A stretch of DNA of 64,000 nt, taken from positions 128,898,001-128,962,000 of the forward strand of contig OZ024745.1 in NCBI GenBank assembly GCA_964016885.1, read 5' to 3'. The notes below the pieces were generated by a model. The model did no database searches. It saw only the letters and a program-made list of their open reading frames with translations, and had not been told where the DNA came from. The first letter of the stretch is position 1, and every line of letters starts with the position of its first letter. The stretch is from Eledone cirrhosa. Taxonomy: Eukaryota. Below are positions 12,787 through 26,789 of the stretch, one piece after another. The translations under genes and the position numbers were made by a program.

Positions 12787-13647
12787 TGAGAATCTAAAAC
12801 AGGATTACTTGTGATCATGCTTCCTTGCTCCATGCCTCAATGTAGTTGCTCTACACTACATTCCTTTCACAAAATACGCAATATTACTTTGCCCCTACAA
12901 TAAAATAGATCATACATCTGTACCCTTTATTTAACACCATGCACTGTGTTATGCTGTCCTTTACTAACAAAACAGATAATGTTTCTTTTAAAAGCAAATG
13001 AGAGAGGGTAAGGGCAATCACAGGGAATTTCAGTACTGTAGGAGTGGGCAATATCCCAGGCCTTCTCAGGTTGGGGATGTCAGCCAAAGTCTGTAGATAG
13101 GAAAATGTGGGTGTAAAGGAGTTCTAGAGGGTAAAGTATTTCATGCAGGATAGGAGTTGGGTAAAGTGTTTTGTGTAGGATAGGGGAAGGTAAAGTGTTT
13201 TGTACAGGATAGGGGTCACCAGCGAAACACACCCTTCATGTTGAAACTTTTATACTTACTAACACCAGCCAACACTTCTTTGACCGATTATATTTACCCT
13301 AGCAGATGCAAAGTTAGTGCATCTACTGCTTATGTGTTTTCAATGTAAACATCTAAATTACTAAAGATTCTGTTTGTTTTAATTTTCCTTTAAGCTCTTT
13401 TAATACCAACTCTCAGTGGACTTCCCAAAATATTGTGTTTGTGTGTCAGCATTTGTCCAGGTTTAGTTGAGTTGGCTCCAACCAGTGAATACACAGTGAT
13501 GGATTCACTAGTAAAATTTCATTAGAAATATGGATTTTGAAGAGAGTCTGCAGTCAGAATTTACTGATACTAAATATCATATTAAAATTTTGATCAAAAT
13601 CTCACTTCAAGAGATTTCAGTAGATCAACACTGACATTACAATAATC

Positions 13648-13860
13648 AGCCATTGCTGGGTAAAGGCCATCCCTTTTTCTCTTCATGACCTTCAGCCTTC
13701 GATGTATAATGTCCAATATCTGTCAAATCCATCTAATTTGTCTCTACATCTTGTTTGTCATCCCCCGTCACTTTTGCCATCTTTGAGATCCAGTTCATCA
13801 GTTTTTCCATTAACTGTTGTTATTCATATCCAACCTGACTCCATTTCAACAATGTTATGT
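13648..13860 (-). mobile_element. Old, stop-riddled RTE-clade LINE ORF 3' end
   Basis: Minus strand reads LKW...DGKSDGG*QTRCRDKL...AFTQQW, matching the RTE C-terminal pattern GRP..RWRD..AF.QQW. Confidence 0.5.
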
Positions 13861-14960
13861 CCATATCAATTGAGTTTTGTTCGTTTACAGGTTCATTTCA
13901 TTGTTTTATGGTCTTTGTAGTATTCAAATGTAAAAGACATAGTTCCAATAGCGTTTTAACTCTTTCAGTACCACATTTCTTATGAAATACACTGCCTATA
14001 TTATTAACCCTTTCATTACTGTATTTCTACTGAAATACACTGCCTATGCATTTCAATTAATTTTGAAATTAACCAAACATTTGGAGCCATTTAATAAAAT
14101 AAATAAATTTTTTCTTTTATTAGTTAGCTGATATTTCTAAAATATAATTATGATGAAAGGTTTTAATATAAGGAAAGCAATCTAAAATGGTGGTTTGGTG
14201 TCAAAGGGCTACTCATGTGACAATTGAAGCTGTACCATCCTTTTGCTTATTACCGTTCATCAATTTCTCACTCTGTGAGGTTGATGTTAGGAAGGGCATC
14301 CAGCTATAGAAACCGAGCCAAATCAGTTCTGTATGAGCAAGACATGGTCACCTGACCTGGCATTGCCCATAACAACCCATCTAACCCATGCTAGCATGGA
14401 AACATTGACGTAAAACAGTGATGATGATGATTTGCTCTTACATCAGGTACAATAATAATGATTTTATTTAAATTATTATTTACCAAAATATCAAACAATA
14501 ATTTTTTTTTTTTTTTTTTTTCTGTATAATACTGAGATCTGAATGGCATGCTGTGGTACTTTGTAACTATTTGTGCTGACCAAAACTTGAAACTGGATTA
14601 GCTTCATAAACCCTGGGGCAATAACGGCAGCAGTGATGACTTTGTTTTGTGAAAAAGTCATCTTAGTGGGACGACCCTCCCCACTCTTTTAACTCAACTC
14701 AGCTCTGTAAGCTAATCAAACACTTCCACTGTATCTCTTTGACATATTTTTTTTTAACCTTTAGCAGACTAGAAATTTTTATGAATTGTTTCCCTTGACA
14801 GTGCATTATGTATTAATGAAAGATTACTCTATTGGCGACATAATGCATCTATAGCATCCAGAAGATTAAGCTTCGTGGAATAGCCTTTTATTTTAAAGAG
14901 GGTTTTCTTGGCCACAACCAAGCACTTGTCCTGTAAATCAGTACATTGTATCTCTTTTGA

Positions 14961-15170
14961 CCCTTTACCATTTACATTACTCTATATATATACTATTGCA
15001 TTTTCAAGGTAAAGGCTTTATCTCACATAATATTGAATCTACAAGATTTTGATGTTATGCATTTTGAGAGCAATACCTTAACATCAGTATGAGTGGCCAG
15101 TTATGACCGGTTTAAACAGAAAGAATTGAGAGCATTCTGGCCTGATACGGCCGTTTTAAATGCTAAAGGG
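14961..15170 (-). mobile_element. piggyBac-like MITE family P1 (~210 bp)
   Basis: Termini CCCTTTA(G)CATTTA...TAAATGCTAAAGGG with TTAA-like flanks. Several other copies in the window. Confidence 0.8.
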
Positions 15171-15443
15171 TTAAAGCGTCATGGATTGGGCTGTATTTTT
15201 AAAGTTAGGTATTTTGGCCCCTGAAGGATGCAGTGTAGCCATGATGACATAATTGAAACAGCTGAACTTGTGCCTAAAACTTTAGTACCCAGCTGCGATA
15301 CTCTTAAGGCTGAAAAGTCATTTTAAGTGCAAGCAATTCTACTTTAAACTACAAAGAATTCTGCAATGAATTGGTTTAGAGCCTGCAAAAATCTTCTGAT
15401 CTCTCTCTCTGCATATATGTATGTATGATTGTGTGTGTATATA

Positions 15444-15495
<52 letters not shown>

Positions 15496-15982
15496 ATATA
15501 TTATATATATATATACTATACTGCAACTATTAATGAAAAGAATAGACAGTCTGCTGAGACATGAAGTTAATTGCACTTGACCGTTCTTGTTTGATTAATT
15601 CTTCAGAGTTTCTAAAATATCATATTTTGACCCAAGAAAAACAAGTGAAAAGTTGAGCAAAAATTACTTGTGGTATTTGGCTACGTCCCTGTATGCACTG
15701 AGTTCATCTTGGCTGCAGGAATTTTGTGTTCATATGCCAAACATTTTCTCTATTCTCTACACAATCTCAGTACACTTTGTTGTCTTCAGTAATAGGTACT
15801 ACCTGAACAATCTAGAAATTTTAGTTATCTCTCACCTGTTCAAATGTGTAATACTAGAGATAAGCATCAAAGTTCTCTATACTTATTTTGTGTAAATGAT
15901 TCGGTTTTTCTTTTTTTTTTCATGTCACAAAAAAAGTATGTTTGTATTGAATGTATAAGTATAGTTATTAATTATTCCATTG

Positions 15983-16193
15983 TTTAAACCGGCCAAATCC
16001 AGCCAGAATTCTATCACCTCTTTCTGTTCAAACTGGCTGTAACCGGCCACTCATACTGATGTTAAGGTGTTGTTCTCAAAATAAATAATGTCCAAATCTC
16101 ATAGATTCGATATTATGTGAGATAATTATGTGACGTAAAGCATTTACCATGAAAATATAATAGTATATATAGAGTAATGTAAATGCTAAAGGG
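15983..16193 (+). mobile_element. piggyBac-like MITE P1, left end truncated
   Basis: Homologous to 25752-25986. Ends AATGCTAAAGGG-TTAA. Confidence 0.75.
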
Positions 16194-16356
16194 TTAAATA
16201 ACTAACTTCTTGCTCTGATTATGTACCATTCCTGTCATAGCTGGAGACCCCGGTGTAGACTCTGAGCAAGATAGTTGGATAACCACTCACACAACCCTCT
16301 CAGGAATATATGGGTGAAGAAGGAGAAGAATGATTGACCTCTTGTGTACACATTAA

Positions 16357-16529
16357 CCCTTTCATAACCACATTTCTAATGAAATACACTCTATTTTAAT
16401 TGATTAATGAAGAATTAATTATTTCATTACTAAGATAAGATAGTAACTTAGTGTAAAGTTCTTGTATAAAATGGGTAGTTTTATTTCATAGAACCAGAGC
16501 TGGTTTTGGCCAGGTTGGTAACTAAAGGG
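16357..16529. mobile_element. Second piggyBac-like MITE family P2
   Basis: TTAA-CCCTTT...AAAGGG-TTAA. Related pieces near 2068, 14005, 43255 and 56477. Confidence 0.65.
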
Positions 16530-16857
16530 TTAATTTCTTCTCTGCACTGGTTGTAAGGTGTGTGTGTGTTTAGAGGGATTGATACTAAACACTCGTCAAG
16601 CCCCAGTGGAAACCTAAAGGAATTTCACCATTGTCTCTACATCACATCTGAATTGAAATATTGACTTGGCATTGTATTGTCTTGCCGTTCATGTTATCTT
16701 TCTTTATGGCTGTGTATGTGTGATGAAGTCAAACCCAGTAATATGTTGGGGTTTAAAATGTTTAATGTCATCAAAGCTACCCAACAGTTTTGGAGCTGGA
16801 TCTTGTGTGGAAGTAAAAGAAGAAAAAAACTTTATTATTATCACCATTGTTGTTGTT

Positions 16858-16903
<46 letters not shown>

Positions 16904-18560
16904 CACTACTACTACCACTACTACTACTACTACCACCGCCACCATCACCACCACTACTACTACCACTACCACTACTATCACTAACACTAATAATAATAAT
17001 AATACAGGGAAAAACGGATGCAAAATGGTGAATAATGGTTTCTTTATTGGCCACAAGGGGCTAACATGAAGAAAAACATTAGAGACGGCACAGGAGGATA
17101 CAAAGTGGGTTTTGGCCGTGTAAAAAGGTTATAAAAGACAGAAACTTGTAAAATAAATTAAAATTCAAACAACAAAAATTCCCCAATAAGGGGGAAGCTT
17201 CTTTGTGGCATCTCAACTTAATGGGATTTAATACTTTTCTTGCTGACATCAGCTTCAGCTTTCATCATTCAGGACCTATGACCCTAGTTAGAGGAATACC
17301 AGTAATTATATTGTACAGCTGAGTTCAGGACCTATGATCTGAGTTAGTGGAATACCAGTAATTATCCTGTACAGCTGAGTTCATCAGATTACACGGTTTT
17401 GCTTACTAGGATAAAAACCTTATTGGATCTACTACTATTACTACCACTACTACTACTACTAACACCACCACGACCACTACTACAGTGTTGATGTTGGTAG
17501 TAATAGTAGTAGTAGTAGCAGCAACAGGATCTCTAGTTGTGACATTGCTGGTTAAAGAATAGTCTTGCTTGTTGAAATTCTAGGCATATAACTTTTCACA
17601 TCCGTTTCTGTGTAATGGATTAGTCTTGAAATATGGCTTTCTTCTCAGCAGAATTATTCTTGTTAGACAGAAAGCCTTGAATGGAATGCTGTTCTCTTTT
17701 ACACACACATGTACACACATTTTGTTATATGTGTGTGTGTGTGTATAATGCACATATGTATGTGTGTGTATTGGTGTGCGTGTGTGCACACACAAGAGTG
17801 TTGTTTGATCCAGCTTCTTTGAACTTACCTTCTCTTCTGCCGATTCCATTCCTTTTGGTACTTGTTCTTTGAACGTGTGCAAACCACCTCAACCATTCCT
17901 CTGTTGTATTTAACCATTCTTTGTTTGGTTGTTTGCTTCTATCTTTTTTTCTTTTCTTCTTTTTTTTCTTCCTTCTGTAATGTCTTTTATAATCAAAGAC
18001 TTCTCTGATCTTGCACCATTCCTGTCATAGCAGGTCATTTCCCCATTACTTTAAAGAATAAATCTTTAGAACATGTTATGGTTATATTATCTTATTTTAA
18101 TAGTTTTTTTTTAATGTTGTTGTTGAGGGGTAGGAGTGGGGGTAGCCAGTAAAAAGAACAGTGGTATTTTTCTTTGAAATAGTGTGAAAATTCTTCCATC
18201 TCGTTTTAGAGATTGTTAAAACAAATTCAAATAGATGCAAAATTCTTTAAAGGATTTTCAAAATCTTGCTTTCTGCAATTGTAAAACAGTAGGACACTCA
18301 AACTATGTTTCCTTGTTTAATTCTTCGTTTACCATTTTTTGGTGAGACATGTTTCATGTTTCTTTGTAAATTTTATGTTCGTCTTTGTGCAGAAATATTT
18401 CATGCTCTGTAACTTTTCCCCAGTGATTAATAGGAAAAAAATATGCAGATTGAATTCTTTATGAATATAAGTAGATCTGAAAATATTTAGACTAATTTGG
18501 GCGTGTATCATATAGCTGTTAAATAAAATCTGTTTCCTTATTTAAAAAGGTAATTAATAA

Positions 18561-18751
18561 GGCGGTGGATTGGCAGTATCGGTGAGCATCAGACGCCATG
18601 CTTTGCAGCATAGAGTTATGGCCCATTGCGTTCTGAGTTTAAATTCTGCCAAGGTTAACTTTGCCTTTCATCCTTATGGGGTCGATAAAATAAAGTTCCA
18701 GTAATGCACTGGGATAATTGCTGGCCTTGTGCCAAAAGTAGAAACAATTAT
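18561..18751 (+). mobile_element. Full-length family A SINE
   Basis: GGCGGTGGATTGGCAGTATCGG A-box-like head, B box, conserved body, AGAAACAATTATT end. Confidence 0.85.
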
Positions 18752-21169
18752 TTAAAAAGGTAGGTGGGCGTGAAAATGAAAGTAATAGTTAATTTAGTAC
18801 CAAATTAGTCTCATTTATTTCCATGATGTTGTATGTTGCCCACTTATTTGAAGTAATATATTATCAAAGGGTCGGGAGGACCCTTCAGTCATGTTAAGGT
18901 GTGACAGCCTTGCTAGTGATTGGTGATCTACATGATAAATGCACTCAGTACATGCTGTAAAGTGGTTGGCGATAGGAAGGGCATCCAGCCTTAGAAAGCT
19001 TGTCAAAGAAAGGGTTGAGAGGACCTCAATTGTGTCCAAGATATGACAGCCTCCCCTGTGCATTTAGTAGAAGGTGAAGCCGTACATAAGGGGACCATAT
19101 ATCCCTGGCTTGTCTGGGAGATCAGTAGTCACTGCTTCTCTACTGACTTGGTCTGTGTAGACCTGTAAGGGAAAGCAAGTGTTAAAACGACGATGATGAT
19201 GATGATGCATTTGCTGTATAGCTTAGTTTCGTGTGTAAACTAGTTAGTTGTATAAGATGTGAATATATATATATATATATATACACACAGGTTTTACACA
19301 TGCGTATACACACAGATTTGAATATGTGGTTAATAAGATGTTTCTTTTGTGATACCTTTAACACCTTCTAGTGATGAGGATGAAGAACAGGGGTGGTACC
19401 ATTCTACTTACTGACATTCCAGTTTCAATTTTCAGCCCTTCAACTATAGGGGGCTAATCAAAATAATGACGTATACTAAATTTGATCCACACTCCACCTT
19501 TCCAGCAAGGAAATTAGGAAGATGCTTTCAACAGTATTTGTAACTTAACAAGCAATTTATAGCTGTCATCTATGAAATTTAGCTGTTTGCCTCATCAGCC
19601 AAGCCAACCTAATCACCATTATATATATTGTATCTTTGAAATTAGTTATAAATATCAAAGTGATATGGGCTGCTATCTGGATTATTATAATCTCATTTGT
19701 TATGGTTCTGTTTACAGTATATTTCATTCACTGAAGACATGAAGATTAATTTTTCTGTACCACCATCATCGTCATTACCATCATTATGTGGAGTCTAGTT
19801 GCTGTGCTAATATGGGTTGGACTGGACTATTATAGAGCGTATTGCTACATATGTCTTTCATCTCATTTTTCAAAGTCCATCATTGTGATGAGATATGTCT
19901 GGCTTTACAACATCTCACCACATATTTCTCTCAGTCATCTTCTGCAGGTAATATCCACTGACAGCACACAGTTACTCCACCTCCTACACATGTTGACTAA
20001 TATCTTTAATACCCAGCTACACTCTCACTTCACCTCTGTCCTACTTTCCATGCAGGTTAACTTTGCATATCCGGCATACTCACCTTATTTCTTTCCAATC
20101 TCTGAAAATCTCCCACATTTGTTGTTCTTGTCTCTTCACAATAATGCTTCATACATAAGCTCCATGGTACCTCACTATTTAGCTTATAGTTTTTCTGTAT
20201 ATTAAGAAAAATAAGCTGTTAAAATAGTATAAGCCGTTTCCTAAATATGCATTCACCTGGTTTTTGTTATTTCTTGGTTTTACCTTGTTTTGATCAGTCT
20301 GCCTCCTGATTTGTCTCCAGATGCCATAATATACCATAAATCATACATCTATATTGTCTTTGGATGAGTAGCAAGCTAGGATAGAAATAATTTACAACTT
20401 TTAGTTCCATCTCTGTCTTTTAACACTTTTATATTTCTACTATGACATTCTTCTCTGATAGATATATCAGGTTTCTTGTTCAGCCTTAGTAAAATGCTAT
20501 GTATTAGATGACATATTAGAAAAAAGGCCTGCTGTGTGTATGTGTGTTTCTTCTCTTTGAACTTGACATCACATCACATTGCAGGCAATGATATTTGTTT
20601 ATATTCTGCGTAAACAGAAACCCCACAGCTCAGCAGTTAAACATAGAAAGACCCATACCTTATTTAGAAAACAAGTGATGGTTGGAAATCTGGTTGTAGA
20701 AATTCACCTCACAAAATCTTCTCCAACTTTAGCCTGCATGAAAAAAACGAATGTAAAATTGGTGATGATAATGATGATTAGAAGCAAATAATAAAAGAAC
20801 TCACTGAAAGTTGAGAAAATTTAGATTAACAACCCTAAATATGTACATTCATATATACATCGCTATTTCAGAACACCAACATAAATTTATGATTGATGAT
20901 GGGCCAGCAACTGCTCTGTATGTAAATGTGCTTCAACAGCTCATAAACATCATTGGAATTCTATAATAATCCAGCTTCTACAGCTCACAGTAAAGGCAAG
21001 GGACATATGGCCTTGATAACCACTCAAAAGTGAGAAACGATTGATCGTCGGTTATTTCATTTTGTATTTGCTGAAGCTAGGTATGTGATGTTAGTCATTG
21101 CCTTAAATTCATAACAAAAGGTTTTCGAAATGTTTTTAAATAAACATACAATATATTATTAAATATCAA

Positions 21170-21362
21170 AGGTCTGTGGATTGGCAGTATCAGTAGAGGG
21201 TCAGACGCCATGCTTTGACTCATAGAGTTACGGCCCTTGCTATTCTGAGTTCAAATCCCGCCGAGGTTAACTTTGCCTTTCATCATTACAGGATCGATAA
21301 AATAAAGTACCAGTAATGTACTGGGTAATTGCTGGCTTTGTGCCAAAAGTAGAAACAATTAT
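21170..21362 (+). mobile_element. Full-length family A SINE
   Basis: Same consensus as 18561-18751. Confidence 0.85.
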
Positions 21363-21622
21363 TAAATATACAATACATACATTCATTTTTTCCCACAATG
21401 CCATAGTTTTCTGATACAATATATAATCTGCATTTCACCAGAGTTTTTTTTTTCTTTTCTATTTTGTATTCATTTTGGAGTTTTAAAAAAAAAAAAAAAT
21501 GTCTTTACTACAAGGAACTTAGTATTTTAGTTTTCCATGTTGAGTTGCTTATCAAACTATTGTTAGACAGCTTTCAAGGTATATCAGTATATTTATGAGA
21601 GGAGACTGTTAGTCCCTATTTC

Positions 21623-22160
21623 TGCATGTATGTATATCCGAATCTGTGTGTACATATATTTTTTTCTGTTATTTTAATTCAGCCTCACTTTCATTTTTTA
21701 TATATTTTCATTTCAAATCTTATATCCATAACATAAATATTTCATCTGATGAGCATACTGGACGTTTCTGTTAGGATCGTCTAGTTTCCTGAAACCTTTG
21801 GTAATGGAATAATTATATTGTGTTGTTTATTATGTAATTATAAAGGTCACAGCATACTGGCTTTGGTATTCCAGAACACTGACCTTGGTATTCCAGAACA
21901 CTGACCTTCCAACCATGAAGCCTATATATATATATATATATATAGTGACCTTTATAATTACATAATAAACAACACAATATAATTATTCCATTACCAAAGG
22001 TTTCAGGAAACTAGACGATCCTAACAGAAACGTCCAGTATGCTCATCAGATGAAATATTTATGTTATGGAAATGAAAATATATTAAAAATGAAAGTGAGG
22101 CTGAATTAAAATAACAGAAAAAAATACATGTACACACAGATTCGGATATACATACATGCA
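21623..22160. mobile_element. Inverted pair of an HHR-bearing element (21623-21850 / 21945-22160) with a 94-nt spacer
   Basis: Arms are near-exact reverse complements apart from a small indel. The spacer holds a 22-bp duplication and (TA)n. Confidence 0.85.
21740..21809 (+). ncRNA. Type I hammerhead ribozyme motif (mirror copy on - strand at 21986-22055)
   Basis: TTTCAT-CTGATGA, stem II ACTGGACG/CGTCTAGT, GAAA-CC-TTT-GG-TA-ATGGAA. GUA triplet ends at 21803. Confidence 0.75.
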
Positions 22161-23254
22161 CATATACATAGAAATAGATGCGCGTATTCATACATACATA
22201 TATAGAACACTCTTCTTTCCTTTACCCTTTTTACGGAAATACATAACACATGCTCACATATGCACACACAGAACGAGAGAGACATTGTCTCATATCCCTA
22301 AACTTGATCTCACAGAAAACAAACTTTCATAGAATTCATGGGATGGTATACTTAGAGAGAGAGAGAGTAGCATTTATAAGAGAATGATAAGCGAATAAAC
22401 CAGTTAAATTATTTTTGCATTTGTTTAGCTCCAAGCCTATCTTGATTCAGTTAATCTTTGACAATCCCAATGTTTTTCAAAGCCAGTTGTGTTGGATTTA
22501 TAGAGTGAGTGGGTAACATCAACTAATAACAAGGAAATCTAAAATTCTCCGTGACAATCAGATCAGGCTGGATTTCTTAGTTATTACTACAGGTTGTCAA
22601 AATAGTTAGAACATATATGTGGAATGCTTTGTGATATTTGTTTTGGCACTTTTGAGTTAAAATCATCCTGAGGTCAACGTCAGTAAAGTAAAGTACCAGT
22701 CATAAACTGGGGTTGATTTAATAGTCTTTCCCCAATTGTCCCCCAATTGTTGACTCTTGCTCTTACTAGATGAGACTGGGGTTATCCTAGGTCAGTGATC
22801 CCTAAGGCATCATTGTGTGTAAAGCTGAAAATTGTTGGCTTTGCACCTAAATTAGGAAATGTTGTTGTGGTGGTGGTGGCTTAATTGTTAGGAGGTTGGG
22901 CTATTGATCATAAGGTCACAGGTTTGATACTTGGACCAGGCTGCAAAATACTTTATTTCCTGTTGCTCTTTCTGTCAGGAGATAGTAATAGCAATGAAAA
23001 CATTAATAGAAACATTGTTCCCTTTGTCTAATCTAACAATCAGTTCTATCTTTCTTTTATTAATTTCTCCACCAAAGAAAGGCTTTACTCCCAAACTTCA
23101 AAACCCTATTCCGCTACTCTTCCCATGACACATAAAACTTACCTCTTCCTTCTTGGTTCAATTTTGTTTCGAGAAGATTCGATCAAACATCATTCACACC
23201 AACACATATTTCCTCTCGTGCCAGAAAAAGAGATCGTCTTCACTGTTACCTTTT

Positions 23255-23286
<32 letters not shown>

Positions 23287-23650
23287 TTCTTCTTCTTCGC
23301 CCACTTATTCCTGAGAGGTTTGTTGGGGCAGAGTTTTTAAATACTTCTTTCAGCGAGTCCTGTCAGAAGCATCCATCTCCAACATAGTCCGGCTGGATCC
23401 TGAAGTGAGATCAGTCGAGCTCGTGAATGTTATCCAACCATTGCTTCTCCAACTTATTCCTGAGAGGGTTATGGGAACAGAGTCTTTAAACACTCCTTCC
23501 AGCGAGTCCTGTCAGAAGTAACTGTTTCCAACTGATCTGGCTGGATCTCCAAACAAGACCAGCTGAGATCATGGATGTTATGCAACCATCTTGCTCAAGG
23601 CCTACCCTTGGGTCTCTTGCCCGTTGGTTTTGCCTGGAAAATTTGTCCAG
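23255..23650 (-). mobile_element. Rex3/Expander-like RTE LINE 3' end with (GAA)n tail, internally duplicated
   Basis: Reverse complement homology to 29465-29685. The ~150-bp terminal block is present twice. Confidence 0.65.
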
Positions 23651-25001
23651 TAAAAAATTACCATATTTCACAAAGTATTTATTATTGATATGCTAGGAAA
23701 TACTGCACTTTTCTTTCTTTTTTTTTTTTTTCTTCCTGGGAACATATTTCAAATAGCTTTTGTAGATTTTGATCATTTTACCAAAAAACTAATTTACATT
23801 TTTTTTTATGCATATAAAGATATTAGGTTGAGATTTTTGGAGGGCGAGGGGGGTCGTGGGTTTTTTTTTTTCTTCATATTTATATATTTAACCCTCTCTC
23901 TCTTTCAGACTATCATCCTCTGTAACTACATTCATACAACCCTTTGCTATTCCGTCTACCTCTCTTACCAGTTCGTGTGTAACAAAATTAATATTTAAAG
24001 AATTTGCTGAGTATTTTATTAAAAGTTTTAGAGTAATACTACCATAGGTGTGTCAGGGTGGAGAGGATTTAGTTGGATTAAATTCTAGAGCCATATTACC
24101 ATAAGGTGTTTATATTTAGCAGATATGTGTGTGCGCGCACGTGTGTGTGTGTGCGTGCGTGTGTGTACGTACTATGTACAATATAGTATATGTGTGTATG
24201 TATGTTTTTACCATGTGTCACAAAAGTCTGTTGAGTTTTGTTTTTAGGTTAAACTATGTTTAAGTGTTTCCTTATTGGTGTGACGTCTTTAGTTTGATGT
24301 GAGGGCTGTGATTGAGCAATGAATTTTATGTGCAACGTGGTCATGTTGAGATAATTGCCTCACTATCATGTGACTAGTTTTCTTTCTATATTTATTTATT
24401 AATTTTTCCTGGTTAGGTTAAGAAGGAAGAACACTTTTCAGGGCCTCAGAGGGTGATATCCTTAAATCAGATATCTGATTTTAAGGCTGAGAAGCGTGTG
24501 GACTCCACTAAAAGCACCCAAGAACTAGATAGTGGTGTTAAATGGGGGAAACGGGGCTGTTTTTTACCCTCTCCCTTTTATAGGCTATATTCTGTCTGAG
24601 GCCAGAAGGATGTCAGGCCAGTGCTTATCCTGGTTTTGTGGCGTGAAGCGACTGAGAGTATCTACTATGAGACGATGGAAATTGAAGCTCTAATTCTGTG
24701 ACATAATTACCACCTCATCTTCATAGTTACAAAAGATTTAAACATGGAACATAAATACCCCCAGGGCACCTCATTGAATGCCCTAATAATTCTGTCAATC
24801 CATTATCCTGGGCTGGTACTCTTCCTTTGACTCTTGAATGAAAAGCTAAGTTGACTCCTGCAGAATGTAAACTCAATGTAAGCAATAAGAACAAATACTA
24901 CACAATGGTGTGTACACCATTGTGTAGTATTTGTATATATGTATATATGCTGTCTAACCCATGTTAGCGTGGACAATAGACATTAAATGATGATGGAGAT
25001 G

Positions 25002-25035
<34 letters not shown>

Positions 25036-25751
25036 AATGTGGTTGGTGTTAGGAAGGGCCTCTAGCCATAGAAAACCTGCCAGATAATCCTATATGCGCG
25101 AGACACAGTCACCCGACCAACCTTGCCTCAAGTGGGACAACTTCCGTCTAACCCATGCTAGCGTGGAAGATGGACGTTAAACGAAAATGATGATGATGAT
25201 GACGACACACACATACACCATTTATGTTAGACTGTTTACTAATGGCTAGAACTGGTACCTAATGTACTTACAATTAGCAGTGTAGAAGAAAAGAAAACTT
25301 AAATAGAGGGCACCCACCCTCAAATATGTAAGCCCATGCCAACTGACCTGTCTGTTACTCTCCCTGCTTTTGTTCTGGCCTGCTCTTGCCATAAAGATCA
25401 TGTCAGCATTTCTTTAATCCAGCACCTGCCATATATTTGCTGACATATGCTGGAACAGCATAACTGTGTCTGGTGCAGAGATCAGCAGCAGTGATAGGCT
25501 GATTTCTTCAGTAGCCAACAACAGCAGCTTCTTCAACCCACCTGCACTATTGCTGTATGTGCATTAGGTCATAAATTTCTCTCATGTGTCCTCACATATT
25601 TTGCAGTTGATGTCAATATCTCACTCACCATTCGCTATTACATTTCTCATATATATTCATTCAGATACACAAAAGTATTTTCATTGATGCATACATAACT
25701 ATATTTCTCATGGGATACATTGCCAATGTGTTTCATTTACACATACATTAA

Positions 25752-25986
25752 CCCTTTAGCATTTAAACTGGCCGTATCCGTCCAGATTCCCTCACCTCTT
25801 TCTGTTCAAACTGGCTGTAACTGGCCACTCATACTTATGTTAAGGTATTGTTCTCAAAATAAATAACATCAAAATCTCACAGATTCGATATTATGTGAGA
25901 TAAGTTTGTGTGTGAGAATTATGTGAGGTAAAACCTTTACCATGAAAATATAATAGTCAATATAGAGTAATGTAAATGCTAAAGGG
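25752..25986 (+). mobile_element. piggyBac-like MITE P1
   Basis: TTAA-CCCTTTAGCATTTA...TAAATGCTAAAGGG-CTAA. Confidence 0.85.
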
Positions 25987-26399
25987 CTAACATATTTCAA
26001 TTAATTTCGAAAATAACCAAAAATCTGATGGAATTTGATAAAGTAATTGGTTTTTAAAATAAAATTATGATGAAATATTTTGATATAAGAATAAACATTT
26101 TAAAATATCCTAAATACAGGATGGTTTCAGGTATTTTGGTATCAAAAATGTTAATCATTAGGGCTGTAGATGCAGCATAGGTGAATACTTGAAAAGTTTG
26201 TTTTGTAAAAGTTATGGTTTCAATCTCATAGTTTAATGTCTTGGATAAGGGTTTTTATCATAACCTCAGGTTAACCCAAGTTTTATGAGTGAAATTGGGT
26301 AGATGGAATGTGTCTGGAATCCTGCCATACGGACTGTTCCTGTAATTCAAAGAGCCAGCCAATGTCATAGTGTGGTGCTGAATCTCCCTGAGAATTATG

Positions 26400-26582
26400 C
26401 TAAGGATACAGGAAATGCCTGTGGAAAGAAGCCACAGTAGAGGTTGACCTAGAAAGACATGGGCAGAGGTGGCGAGAACTGACCTCAAATCACTGAGACT
26501 CACAGAGAAGATGACAAAGGAATGTGAAGAGTGGAGACATGTCATGCTGAGAAGGACCTGTCCAACCCATGCAAGCATGGAT
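26400..26582 (+). mobile_element. RTE LINE ORF 3' fragment
   Basis: Reads G*PRKTWAEVARTDLKSLRLTEKMTKECEEWRHV. An inverted homologue lies at 33968-34135. Confidence 0.7.
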
Positions 26583-26752
26583 AAACATAGCTTCCGCTTC
26601 AACCAGTCCTTGCAAATGAAATTTGTCTAGAGAGAGAGATTGTGTGAAAACCCACCTGATGTATTGAGCTTGTAATTGAAAAAACTAGCCTTGTCACACA
26701 GTGTCAAGCAGATTCTGCTTCAGGGTTTATGTTAAGGGAACAAGTATCTATA

Positions 26753-26789
<37 letters not shown>

